Origin: Haliotis rufescens
Lineage: Eukaryota
Direction of reading: 5' to 3'
Assembly (NCBI RefSeq): GCF_023055435.1
Contig: NW_025964365.1
Location: forward strand, 434,001-498,000
DNA length: 64,000 bases
Position numbers and translations under genes: made by a program. Below the pieces are notes generated by a model. That model did not search any database and was not told the DNA's origin. It saw only the letters and a list, made by a program, of their open reading frames with translations. Shown here piece after piece: positions 25,178 through 38,458 of the stretch (position 1 is its first letter; each line of letters opens with the position of its first letter).

Positions 25178-26204
25178 ATTTAATCCTTTGTAACTGTGAT
25201 GACCTGACTGCATAATTGTTATCTCGTTTCGTGACGCCATAGCTCTGTATGACATCATCAATGGCATCTCGCTGCATGTTTTTATACGTTTGATACAAAA
25301 TAAAAGAGAAATGGGGATGTTTCCTTATAGCTGAATGTTTTATCAGTAGGTGGTTATTTTTTTTCATGACGTTAATTACTACTAATTTTCCATTTATACA
25401 AAACTGAAAAGTGATTTACCCATGTGTCCCTATAGTAAAGGCTGAATTTGGCACAGCAGATTGCGCCAAGGTCAATACATTGCACACTGGCCTTTCACCA
25501 TTGAGAAGTATAAATTAGGTCGTGTAGATTTTACAGTCCTTATTTCTGAAAAGGTTACTCTGAATTCATAACAATGGACATCGTTCATGTGACATGTGGT
25601 ATAACTGAAGAACTGTTAACGCGCTCATCTATGTACTTGTGTACATTTGTTTATTCTATCTTGAAATAAAGTTGAAAATATATTATCAGTTCCATGACAA
25701 TATCAACAGTGAGCATGAACTGAGAACATGAGATAGAAGATAGATAACTTTATCATATAATGGACAGTGTTATCTTTGCGATATACCGAACAAGTAAATA
25801 TGCAAATGAGGTCACAGCGGGAACTACTCTTAATGATTTCTTGGCAATGTTATCTAAATATACTCTGATGGATNNNNNNNNNNNNNNNNNNNNNNNNNNN
25901 NNNNNNNNNNNNNNNNNNNNNNNNNNNNNNNNNNNNNNNNNNNNNNNNNNNNNNNNNNNNNNNNNNNNNNNNNNNNNNNNNNNNNNNNNNNNNNNNNNNN
26001 NNNNNNNNNNNNNNNNNNNNNNNNNNNNNNNNNNNNNNNNNNNNNNNNNNNNNNNNNNNNNNNNNNNNNNNNNNNNNNNNNNNNNNNTGCTTTTTCGGGC
26101 AAACATGTATACAAATCATTTACCTCTCATTGATACAAGAAGCTGTTCTCTTAAACATCGTACACAAAAGTGACTTCAGTAACTGAAAATACGTCTTAAA
26201 CATC

Positions 26205-26438
26205 GGGGTGGCCCAGTCGTCCAATGCGCCGCCATTCGCTGTGCAAAATTGCGTCCCTTGGGCACACCAAAAACCTATGATTGTTGGTTTGAATCCCGGT
26301 TCGCCCTAATATGTTCCTAGGTTTGTCAGCACCCATTTAACGTGGTAAACATCCAAGGCCTGTGTCACTTGGGACTTTCCTCACACATCAAGCTGACACG
26401 CCGTGATATAACTGGAATACTGTTCAAAGTGGCATTAA
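26205..26438 (+). mobile_element. SINE family B, diverged
   Basis: Similarity to 62937-63217. Confidence 0.78.
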
Positions 26439-27379
26439 TGTTACATCGAATAATTTAAGAGAGGCAAAATTCATTTTTAAATGATATTATGATAAAGGGA
26501 ATATTACTCTCCAATGTTTGCAGGATCGCATAAGGCATAATAAATATTTTCTTATTCTGAGTAATAGTATACGATAATATATCATACTGAAACGCGCTTG
26601 TCTGATAACCTCTATGTGTTGAAATGTTGTATATTTGGGTTTTTTTAATGTTAATTTTAAAATGCACCAATTGTCACGAGTGAACACGAACGCTCTAACA
26701 ATATACAATGTTCTGGAGGAAGGCGTGTGCGATAAAGACAATGCATTAGTTGTGGACAAGTGTCGTTTATAGAGTGTTTATCCCAGATAACGACGGCGAC
26801 GACCTTAACTGAGATTCAACACCCTTGGATGTTATCTCCACGTGTGCTTTTCATGACACGGCAGATGACCATGATACTGTTCCTGGACAACAATGAACAT
26901 ATTACTTTGTGAGGTTATTTAGAACAGGTGATGTGAATGTGTGTGTGCGCGCGCGTGCGTGCGTGTGTATGTGTCGCTAATTGGGCTAGTCCGGACGTAT
27001 GCTAGTTTTCTAGTGCTAGCCCACTAGCCCGCTAGAGATACCATATAAAATTATGTGTCAGGTCAAAGATATTTATTTCATGTAAGGCCTCCGATCCATA
27101 CACAAAGAAGTTATTTATAAGTAGTTTTACATATTTGGATATATATATATATATATATACTAATTTTTAACAATTTGTTTCTGAGAGAAATTGCATTTTT
27201 AACATACATGTATATAGCAAGTTTTAATATGAAGAGAGAAGAGAAATATAAGCAGGTGCAGGATAATGTGACAGATAGCATTCTGGTCTACACTTGTTTT
27301 TAGATCCAATAATGGGAACAACCTCTTCCGTCCTTTAAAATTTAGTGGACAGGGGTCAGACCATTATTTCTTCAATAAA

Positions 27380-27381
<2 letters not shown>

Positions 27382-27445
<64 letters not shown>

Positions 27446-27794
27446 TGTGTGTGTGTGTCTGTTTGTGTGTAGGTGTGTGTTAGCGTGTGTGTGTGTGTTA
27501 GCGTGTGTGTGTGTTAGCGTTAGTGTGTGTGTGTTAGTGTGTTAGTGTGTGTGTTAGTGTGTGTTAGTGTGTGTGTGTTAGTGTGTGTTAGTGTGTGTGT
27601 TAGTGTGTGTGTTAGTGTGTGTTAGTGTGTGTGTTAGTGTGTGTTAGTGTGTGTGTGTGTGTTAGTGTGTGTGTGTTAGTGTGTGTTAGTGTGTGTGTTA
27701 GTGTGTGTGTTAGTGTGTGTTAGTGTTAGTGTTAGTGTGTTAGTGTGTGTGTGTGTGTGTTAGTGTGTGTGTGTTAGTGTGTGTTAGTGTGTGT
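27382..27794. repeat. (GT)n / (GT)nTA compound microsatellite
   Basis: Direct inspection; runs into N-gap 27795-27925. Confidence 0.95.
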
Positions 27795-29103
27795 NNNNNN
27801 NNNNNNNNNNNNNNNNNNNNNNNNNNNNNNNNNNNNNNNNNNNNNNNNNNNNNNNNNNNNNNNNNNNNNNNNNNNNNNNNNNNNNNNNNNNNNNNNNNNN
27901 NNNNNNNNNNNNNNNNNNNNNNNNNTTCCCGTCCACATTAAATAAGTATTATCATCTCTTCTACAGTCTATTATCTTCTTGTACGTTGACAACAGCTCAT
28001 TAGCGAGATTGACTCAATGGATTGGGCATTAACAGGGTAATAAGTGTCGGGTCGGGAATAGCAATAGTCTGATAATTGAGTAGTGACGGCTTAGTAGTGT
28101 CTTTACAACACTGACTGTTATTCTATTCAAATTTACAATGTAATATATATCTAAGGGACCTAGGAAATGTATCTTGATAGCAGGTTTTCTACTTACATGG
28201 TTCTACTTATCAAACATAAACAAATAATTACATAGTGTGCGTGTTGAGACCAAAGGACAGCCTCTACATAAGAGGGTTTCCCACTTAAATCGTTTCTACA
28301 TAGAGACAATTCCATGCATAGCTTTGCACACTTTGACGTTGCTTAGCGCTCGTACATCAGGGGAAGAATGCATATCATGTGAAACAGGAATAGGCGATTT
28401 GTAGAGTTTTATTCTCCTTTAGCTCCCCCACCTAGAAAGCATGGCATATTCCAAAATTCGAAATGTCCGCCCAAATAAAGCCTCTTCAGGTTTCCTTACC
28501 TTTCGGTCATACCCTTCTCGACCACATCACTAAATGGCCTGGCGGGCCCGTGCGCGATATACGCATATGTCGGAAAGCGCACGTTAAAACCCAAACTAAG
28601 TAAGTTAGTAAGTTAGTAAGTAAGATAATTACAGATGCCGAAGCGTTCTCGTAGATTTTTTGAAAATATTATCCAACAAAAGAAAGTCGGATGCGGATTT
28701 AAGTGAAAATAGAAACTCGTACTTGTCGGACCGTGAACAAGGATCGCCTCACCTCTTATTCGCGAACGACAGTTACGTGTCTGTTCTCCCAAACAGAATA
28801 TCCCATTAAATCACATTGAGCTCTCAGGAAGGTTACAATAGACAGCTGGTTAACGTTTCCTTACCTAATGGCAGCATTGTTCATTCAGCTCACTTTGACT
28901 TCTTTGAGAGGCATTTAGAAGTTGGAGTACTAAAGAAGGATAAGATTAGGATAAGTAAGGATAAGACAACTTCTTTATAACAATTAGGAGCGACCGAAAC
29001 GAAATAAGATTTTGTCCATCCATAAATCTTATCCTTACTCACTTTGGGCCATTGCTCTAATATCATATTTGATAGTCACAGTATACATGTATCTAAACAT
29101 TAC

Positions 29104-29267
29104 AGGGGCGGTCGGGTAGCTTAGTGGTTAAAGCGTTCGCTCGTCACGCCGAAGACCCGGGTTCGATTCCCGATGATGGGTACAATGTGTGAAGCCCATT
29201 TCTGGTGTCCCCCGCCGTGATATTGCTGGAATATTGCTAAAAGCGGCGTAAAACCATACTCACTCAC
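29104..29267 (+). mobile_element. SINE family A, full length
   Basis: tRNA-like head with GTC at the anticodon position, A/B boxes, shared tail, ACTCACTCAC end. Confidence 0.92.
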
Positions 29268-29637
29268 AGAAACTGTTACAAACAGGGTATTCCATTCAAT
29301 TTAAACATATTTGCAACTGGTACGCGTCATAGTGGGTAATGTCTCCTTCAAACGGACACGTCGCTACAGGTCACTGTTGAAGGTCGTTGGAAGTACCTTG
29401 TTCAAACTGGTGTGTGCAGGTGGGTTGCCCAATTTCAGGCCAGATAACGGTGTGTGTGTCGATGAGCCTTGACCTCCACATGCGCACATAGCCTGTCTTA
29501 TCTGTGCTAGTTTCCAGCACACAATGACGTGAGTCCACCTGCTTTATGAATGGATCTATTTATTCATGACCCAGTGTCCCTATTAACGCAAAGATATCAT
29601 GCATCATAGTGCCCCAATATCATGGCCGCCATGTAGT

Positions 29638-29639
<2 letters not shown>

Positions 29640-29676
<37 letters not shown>

Positions 29677-30618
29677 CTACTACTGCTGCTGCTGCTACTG
29701 CTTACCGCCTCCGTGGTCGTGAGGTGGAGCGTCCGCCCGGAGAGCGGAAGGTCCGGGGTTCGATCCCCGGCCTCGTTATACCAAAATACGTTACTACTTC
29801 TACCACTACTATTACTGCCCCCCCCCCCCCCCCCCCCCTCTCCCCTTACTACTACTACAATGCTGCTGCTACTACTACTTCTCCTACTACTGTTGTTACT
29901 ACTACAGCTACTACTACTTCTACAACTACTACTACCACTACTGCTCCTCCACCTCCTCCTACTACTAATACTGCTGCTGCTGTTGCTGCTGCTACTACGA
30001 TTACTACTACAACTCCTACTACTACTGCTGCTACTACTACTACTACTGCTACTCCTCATGCTACTACTACTACTCCTACTACTACTGTTGCTACTACTAC
30101 TACTCCTCCTCCTCCCCCGCCTACTACTACTACTGCTACTCCTACTTCTGCTGCTGCTACTACTACTACTCCTACTACTGTTGTTACTACTACAGCTACT
30201 ACTACTTCTACAACTACTACTACCACTACTGCTCCTCCACCTCCTCCTACTACTACTACTGCTGCTGCTGTTGCTGCTGCTTCTACGATTACTACTACAA
30301 CTCCTACTACTACTGCTGCTACTACTACTACTACTGCTACTCCTCATGCTACTACTACTACTCCTACTACTACTGTTGCTACTACTACTACTCCTCCTCC
30401 TCCCCCGCCTACTACTACTACTGCTACTCCTACTTCTGCTGCTACTACTACTACTACTACTACTCCTACTACTGTTGCTACTACGTCTACTACTACTACT
30501 ACTGCTACTACGACTACTACTACTACTACTACAACTACAACTACAACTACTTCTACTACTAGTACTGCTGCTACTACTTCTACTACTACTACTTCTCCTA
30601 CTACTGCTGCTTTTACTT

Positions 30619-30664
<46 letters not shown>

Positions 30665-30677
30665 TACTGGTACTACT
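29640..30677. repeat. Imperfect (CTA)n trinucleotide array with an internal 288-bp duplication and a SINE head at 29704-29790
   Basis: Marker strings recur at 29883/30171 and 30111/30399 (offset 288). 29704-29790 matches the 5' end of the SINE at 61957. Confidence 0.9.
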
Positions 30678-31106
30678 TAAATTAATATATTTGAAATGAT
30701 TTTGCTTTGAAATTGAATGGAACATTAATGTAGCACAGAAGCCTTTATCGTTCCTGTTGGTGAAATTAACCACGTCTCCCAGTGAAAAGGAGCAGCATGG
30801 GATGTTTGAGGTGTACACGTGAATTTCAAACACCTAACTACAATGTTATGTTATATTTTAGAATTATACATTGCAACTAAAATTGGAACAGGTATACAAA
30901 ATTCGCTTGTAACACTTTAATTTGCATTTTGCTTACGTCCATTCTTGCCTGCCAGGTTGATAGTGCTGGCAATGGGGTGTTGTGGCTTTATAGGTGGCGT
31001 CACATGCCACAACGCACACATTCTAAACAACGGCGCTAAACATCCGACAGTCAGCAGTTATTGACCCCCTTCTCACGGCGTCTAAAACCCCGGTTATATA
31101 CTGCGC

Positions 31107-31692
31107 CTTCGCTTCTTTATGCTATTAAATAAGAGCGACAGAACCCTTTCCAATATACTGTGCCTGAGTGGGGTATTCATTTAAGCTGCGGCATGGTATC
31201 TCAGTGGGCTAACACTATAAATCAGCATCAGTCCATACTAGTACAAGCAGCCACACACCTACCTACGCACACGTACATGCACGTCGCTTCGCTTCTTTAT
31301 GCTATTAAATAAGAGCGACAGAACCCTTTCCAATATACTGTGCCTGAGTGGGGTATTCATTTAAGCTGCGGCATGGTATCTCAGTGGGCTAACACTATAA
31401 ATCAGCATCAGTCCATGCTAGTACAAGCAGCCACACACCCACCTACGCACACGTACATGCACGTCGCTTCGCTTCTTTATGCTATTAAATAAGAGCGACA
31501 GAACCCTTTCCAATATACTGTGCCTGAGCGGGGTATTCATTTAAGCTGCGGCATGGTATCTCAGTGGGCTAACACTATAAATCAGCATCAGTCCATACTA
31601 GTACAAGCAGCCACACACCTACCTACGCACACGTACATGCACGTCGCTTCGCTTCTTTATGCTATTAAATAAGAGCGACAGAGCCCTTTCCA
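31107..31692 (+). repeat. 180-bp tandem repeat x3.25, containing the 3' part of the family-C SINE
   Basis: Lines 31141, 31321 and 31501 are near-identical. About 134 bp of the unit matches 62126-62296. Confidence 0.93.
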
Positions 31693-31878
31693 GCTGCTTT
31701 CTAAGCTTTCAGACATGTAATTATTTGTTTAATATGAATGTGTAATAGTTCCAACGAATGTGGGGTATATAAACAGACGCCTTTATAAAACGTCTAAAAC
31801 TATCCCACCTAGATCTAGGCAATTAGGGTGGAGTTTAAGAGTACTGCTATTTATTGCACATAAAACAGGTAAACTGGT

Positions 31879-32123
31879 TTGTTTGTTTGTTTGTTTGTTC
31901 AACGCCGCACTCAGCAATATTCCAGCCAGATGACGACGGTCTGTAACTAATCGAGTCTGGACTAAACAATCCAGTGATTGACATCATAAGCATCGATCAA
32001 TGCAATTGGGACCGGTGACATGCATCAACCAAGTCAGCGAGCCTGATCACCTGTTCCCGTAAGTCGCCTCTTACGACAAGCATGGGTTGCTGAAGACCTA
32101 TTCCACCCCGGATCTTCACGGGT
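31879..32123 (-). mobile_element. SINE-like family D (starts ACCCGTGAAGATCC, ends (AAAC)n)
   Basis: TSD AG(G/A)TAAACTGGT; CTTGTCGTAAGAGGCGAC hairpin; tail GCTGGAATATTGCTGAGTGCGGCGTT. Confidence 0.88.
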
Positions 32124-32726
32124 AGATAAACTGGTCGCCATGATGTTAATCAGGGACGCTTCAGACGACTGGGCCACCACTGTGACGAAGAACGCACAGT
32201 CATGCTTGAGATGGAAACGTTCGTAAAATATTCTCTTGAACTGAACAGTGTAGAGTTTTAGTGTAGCTATCCACTGCATCTAAATATAATACACGTAATT
32301 TATGTTGTGGGAATGACACTGTTGTTTATTAGCGAGTGTAATACCTGTAGAGCTAATCCTCCATTCTTGATTCGATGACAACAGAAGAATTGTCACAAAA
32401 TTTAGAAGTGGATGTAATAATTTAGGTATACAGAACGTGCGTATGGGTAGTAATCAGATTACTGCTGAAGAAGTTTTATGTAAAAGATGTAAGGTGCCCG
32501 AGAATGAATTTTGTATCATGACAAAAGGGACGAATTTCTTCAACGAATTTGGGACTTGTATTCCGGCCTTGCTTCTCTCTACTTTAATATATAAACCAGA
32601 GCTAATTGTGAAATGTGCTAAATTTCTAATTTATGTATTAAAAATGCGGGACGAATTTAAATATGTAAAACTCATAATAATAATGACCTTCTGTACTATG
32701 GGTCTTTGGTCTCTACTACAAGGACA

Positions 32727-32766
<40 letters not shown>

Positions 32767-32830
32767 CATTAAAAAGATAGTGGTCAAGAGATTCATTAAA
32801 GTGGAATGAAAAGATGGCTTTTAAGACCAA

Positions 32831-35800
32831 TCAGATAGTCCTGTGATGCTCCATGTATGCACTGATCAGCTCAGTCAGATAGTCAGGTGCTGCTCCATGT
32901 ATGCACTGATCAGCTCAGTCAGATAGTCAAGTGATGCTCCATGTATGCACTGATCAGCTCAGTCAGATAGTCAAGTGATGCTCCATGTATGCAGTGATCA
33001 GCTCAGTCAGATAGTCAGGTGCTGCTCCATGTATGCACTGATCAGCTCAGTCAGATAGTCAAGTGGTGCTCCATGTATGCACTGATCAGCTCAGTCAGAT
33101 AGTCAAGTGGTGCTCCATGTATGCACTGATCAGCTCAGTCAGATAGTCAAGTGGTGCTCCATGTATGCACTGATCAGCTCAGTCAGATAGACAGGTGATG
33201 ATCCATGTATGCAGTGATCAGCTCAGTCAGATAGTCAAGTGGTGCTCCATGTATGCAGTGATCAGCTCAGTCAGATAGTCAAGTGGTGCTCCATGTATGC
33301 ACTGATCAGCTCAGTCAGATAGTCAAGTGGTGCTCCATGTATGCACTGATCAGCTCAGTCAGATAGTCAAGTGATGCTCCATGTATGCACTGATCAGCTC
33401 AGTCAGATAGTAAGGTGATGCTCCATGTATGCACTGATCAGCTCAGTCAGATTGTCAAGTGGTGCTCCATGTATGCACTGATCAGCTCAGTCAGATAGTC
33501 AGGTGCTGCTCCATGTATGCACTGATCAGCTCAGTCAGATAGTCAAGTGGTGCTCCATGTATGCACTGATCAGCTCAGTCAGATAGTCAAGTGGTGCTCC
33601 ATGTATGCACTGATCAGCTCAGTCAGATAGTAAGGTGATGCCCCTTGTATGCACTGATCAGCTCAGTCAGATAGTCAGGTGCTCCATGTATGCACTGATC
33701 AGCTCAGTCAGATAGTCAGGTGCTGCTCCATGTATGCACTGATCAGCTCAGTCAGATAGTCAAGTGGTGCTCCATGTTTGCACTGATCAGCTCAGTCAGA
33801 TAGTCAAGTGGTGCTCCATGTATGCACTGATCAGCTCAGTCAGATAGTCAGGTGCTGCTCCATGTATGCACTGATCAGCTCAGTCAGATAGTCAAGTGAT
33901 GCTCCATGTATGCACTGATCAGCTCAGTCAGATAGTAAGGTGATGCTCCTTGTATGCTCTGATCAGCTCAGTCAGATAGTCAGATGCTGCTCCATGTATG
34001 CACTGATCAGCTCAGTCAGATAGTCAAGTGATGCTCCATGTATGCAGTGATCAGCTCAGTCAGATAGTCAAGTGATGCTCCATGTATGCAGTGATCAGCT
34101 CAGTCAGATAGTCAGGTGCTGCTCCATGTATGCACTGATCAGCTCAGTCAGATAGTCAAGTGGTGCTCCATGTATGCACTGATCAGCTCAGTCAGATAGT
34201 AAGGTGATGCTCCTTGTATGCACTGATCAGCTCAGTCAGATAGTCAGGTGCTCCATGTATGCACTGATCAGCTCAGTCAGATAGTCAGGTGCTGCTCCAT
34301 GTATGCACTGATCAGCTCAGTCAGATAGTCAAGTGGTGCTCCATGTATGCACTGATCAGCTCAGTCAGATAGTAAGGTGATGCTCCTTGTATGCACTGAT
34401 CAGCTCAGTCAGATAGTCAGGTGCTCCATGTATGCACTGATCAGCTCAGTCAGATAGTCAAGTGATGCTCCATGTATGCACTGATCAGCTCAGTCAGATA
34501 GTAAAGTGGTGCTCCATGTATGCACTGATCAGCTCAGTCAGATAGTCAAGTGGTGCTCCATGTATGCACTGATCAGCTCAGTCAGATAGTCAGGTGCTGC
34601 TCCATGTATGCACTGATCAGCTCAGTCAGATAGTCAAGTGATGCTCCATGTATGCAGTGATCAGCTCAGTCAGATAGTCAAGTGATGCTCCATGTATGCA
34701 CTGATCAGCTCAGTCAGATAGTCAGGTGATGATCCATGTATGCAGTGATCAGCTCAGTCAGATAGTCAAGTGATGCTCCATGTATGCAGTGATCAGCTCA
34801 GTCAGATAGTCAAGTGATGCTCCATGTATGCACTGATCAGCTCAGTCAGATAGTCAAGTGATGCTCCATGTATGCACTGATCAGCTCAGTCAGATAGTAA
34901 GGTGATGCTCCATGTATGCACTGATCAGCTCAGTCAGATAGTAAGGTGATGCTCCTTGTATGCACTGATCAGCTCAGTCAGATAGTCAGGTGCTGCTCCA
35001 TGTATGCACTGATCAGCTCAGTCAGATAGTCAAGTGGTGCTCCATGTATGCACTGATCAGCTCAGTCAGATAGTCAAGTGGTGCTCCATGTATGCACTGA
35101 TCAGCTCGGTCAGATAGTCAGGTGATGCTCCATGTATGCACTGATCAGCTCAGTCAGATAGTCAGGTGATGCTCCATGTATGCAGTGATCAGCTCAGTCA
35201 GATAGTCAAGTGGTGCTCCATGTATGCACTGATCAGCTCGGTCAGATAGTCAGGTGATGCTCCATGTATGCACTGATCAGCTCAGTCAGATAGTAAGGTG
35301 ATGCTCCTTGTATGCACTGATCAGCTCAGTCAGATAGTCAAGTGATGCTCCATGTATGCACTGATCAGCTCAGTCAGATAGTCAAGTGATGCTCCATGTA
35401 TGCAGTGATCAGCTCAGTCAGATAGTCAAGTGATGCTCCATGTATGCACTGATCAGCTCAGTCAGATAGTCAGGTGCTGCTCCATGTATGCACTGATCAG
35501 CTCAGTCAGATAGTCAAGTGATGCTCCATGTATGCACTGATCAGCTCAGTCAGATAGTCAAGTGGTGCTCCATGTATGCACTGATCAGCTCAGTCAGATA
35601 GTCAAGTGGTGCTCCATGTATGCACTGATCAGCTCAGTCAGATAGTCAAGTGGTGCTCCATGTATGCACTGATCAGCTCAGTCAGATAGTAAGGTGATGC
35701 TCCATGTATGCACTGATCAGCTCAGTCAGATAGTCAAGTGGTGCTCCATGTATGCACTGATCAGCTCAGTCAGATAGTCAAGTGATGCTCCATGTATGCA

Positions 35801-38458
35801 CTGATCAGCTCAGTCAGATAGTCAGGTGCTGCTCCATGTATGCACTGATCAGCTCAGTCAGTCAAGTGGTGCTCCATGTATGCACTGATCAGCTCAGTCA
35901 GATAGTCAAGTGATGCTCCATGTATGCACTGATCAGCTCAGTCAGATAGTCAAGTGATGCTCCATGTATGCACTGATCAGCTCAGTCAGATAGTCAGGTG
36001 ATGCTCCATGTATGCACTGATCAGCTCAGTCAGATAGTAAGGTGATGCTCCTTGTATGCTCTGATCAGCTCAGTCAGATAGTCAGGTGCTGCTCCATGTA
36101 TGCACTGATCAGCTCAGTCAGATAGTCAAGTGATGCTCCATGTATGCAGTGATCAGCTCAGTCAGATAGTCAAGTGATGCTCCATGTATGCAGTGATCAG
36201 CTCAGTCAGATAGTCAGGTGCTGCTCCATGTATGCACTGATCAGCTCAGTCAGATAGTCAAGTGGTGCTCCATGTATGCACTGATCAGCTCAGTCAGATA
36301 GTAAGGTGATGCTCCTTGTATGCACTGATCAGCTCAGTCAGATAGTCAGGTGCTCCATGTATGCACTGATCAGCTCAGTCAGATAGTCAGGTGCTGCTCC
36401 ATGTATGCACTGATCAGCTCAGTCAGATAGTCAAGTGGTGCTCCATGTATGCACTGATCAGCTCAGTCAGATAGTAAGGTGATGCTCCTTGTATGCACTG
36501 ATCAGCTCAGTCAGATAGTCAGGTGCTCCATGTATGCACTGATCAGCTCAGTCAGATAGTCAAGTGATGCTCCATGTATGCACTGATCAGCTCAGTCAGA
36601 TAGTAAAGTGGTGCTCCATGTATGCACTGATCAGCTCAGTCAGATAGTCAAGTGGTGCTCCATGTATGCACTGATCAGCTCAGTCAGATAGTCAGGTGCT
36701 GCTCCATGTATGCACTGATCAGCTCAGTCAGATAGTCAAGTGATGCTCCATGTATGCAGTGATCAGCTCAGTCAGATAGTCAAGTGATGCTCCATGTATG
36801 CACTGATCAGCTCAGTCAGATAGTCAGGTGATGATCCATGTATGCAGTGATCAGCTCAGTCAGATAGTCAAGTGATGCTCCATGTATGCACTGATCAGCT
36901 CAGTCAGATAGTCAAGTGATGCTCCATGTATGCACTGATCAGCTCAGCCAGATAGTCAAGTGATGCTCCATGTATGCACTGATCAGCTCAGTCAGATAGT
37001 CAAGTTATGCTCCATGTATGCACTGATCAGCTCAGTCAGATAGTAAGGTGATGCTCCTTGTATGCACTGATCAGCTCAGTCAGATAGTCAGGTGCTGCTC
37101 CATGTATGCACTGATCAGCTCAGTCAGATAGTCAAGTGGTGCTCCATGTATGCACTGATCAGCTCAGTCAGATAGTCAAGTGGTGCTCCATGTATGCACT
37201 GATCAGCTCGGTCAGATAGTCAGGTGATGCTCCATGTATGCACTGATCAGCTCAGTCAGATAGTCAGGTGATGCTCCATGTATGCAGTGATCAGCTCAGT
37301 CAGATAGTCAAGTGGTGCTCCATGTATGCACTGATCAGCTCAGTCAGATAGTCAGGTGATGCTCCATGTATGCACTGATCAGCTCAGTCAGATAGTAAGG
37401 TGATGCTCCTTGTATGCACTGATCAGCTCAGTCAGATAGTCAAGTGATGCTCCATGTATGCACTGATCAGCTCAGTCAGATAGTCAAGTGATGCTCCATG
37501 TATGCAGTGATCAGCTCAGTCAGATAGTCAAGTGATGCTCCATGTATGCACTGATCAGCTCAGTCAGATAGTCAGGTGATGCTCCATGTATGCACTGATC
37601 AGCTCAGTCAGGTAGTCAGGTGCTGCTCCATGTATGCACTGATCAGCTCAGTCAGATAGTCAAGTGATGCTCCATGTATGCACTGATCAGCTCAGTCAGA
37701 TAGTCAAGTTGTGCTCCATGTATGCACTGATCAGCTCAGTCAGATAGTCAAGTGGTGCTCCATGTATGCACTGATCTGCTCAGTCAGATAGTCAAGTGGT
37801 GCTCCATGTATGCACTGATCAGCTCAGTCAGATAGTAAGGTGATGCTCCATGTATGCACTGATCAGCTCAGTCAGATAGTCAAGTGGTGCTCCATGTATG
37901 CACTGATCAGCTCAGTCAGATAGTCAAGTGATGCTCCATGTATGCACTGATCAGCTCAGTCAGATAGTCAGGTGCTGCTCCATGTATGCACTGATCAGCT
38001 CAGTCAGTCAAGTGGTGCTCCATGTATGCACTGATCAGCTCAGTCAGATAGTCAAGTGATGCTCCATGTATGCACTGATCAGCTCAGTCAGATAGTCAAG
38101 TGATGCTCCATGTATGCACTGATCAGCTCAGTCAGATAGTCAGGTGATGCTCCATGTATGCACTGATCAGCTCAGTCAGATAGTCAAGTGGTGCTCCATG
38201 TATGCACTGATCAGCTCAGTCAGATAGTCAAGTGGTGCTCCATGTATGCACTGATCAGCTCAGTCAGATAGTAAGGTGATGCTCCATGTATGCACTGATC
38301 AGCTCAGTCAGATAGTAAGGTGATGCTCCATGTATGCAGTGATCAGCTCAGTCAGATAGTCAGGTGCTCCCTGTAGTCACTGATCAGCTCAGTCAGATAG
38401 TCAGGTGCTGCTCCATGTATGCACTGATCAGCTCAGTCAGATAGTCAGGTGCTGCTCC
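32831..38458. repeat. 44-bp satellite array, ~128 copies
   Basis: Unit TCAGATAGTCAAGTGATGCTCCATGTATGCACTGATCAGCTCAG, period 44. Variation is mostly confined to one short patch (caagtgatg/caagtggtg/caggtgctg/aaggtgatg). Confidence 0.98.

Noticed and set aside
29104-29180. tRNA-Asp-like gene (and similar heads elsewhere)
   Set aside because: It continues into a SINE body and tail, several copies have TSDs, and there is no proper acceptor stem or poly-T terminator.
29599-30833. Poly-Leu, poly-Ser and mucin-like Thr/Pro ORFs
   Set aside because: These come from a (CTA)n microsatellite that is open in several frames. The Thr/Pro frame starts inside a SINE head and no flanking exons or signal peptide are evident. 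A mucin exon cannot be fully excluded without RNA data.
31107-31692. CRISPR-like repeat-spacer layout
   Set aside because: The spacers are near-identical SINE fragments, there are no cas genes, and the context is eukaryotic.
32831-38458. 44-bp array as a CRISPR array or coding repeat
   Set aside because: There are no unique spacers, the period is not a multiple of 3, and all long frames are closed by stops.
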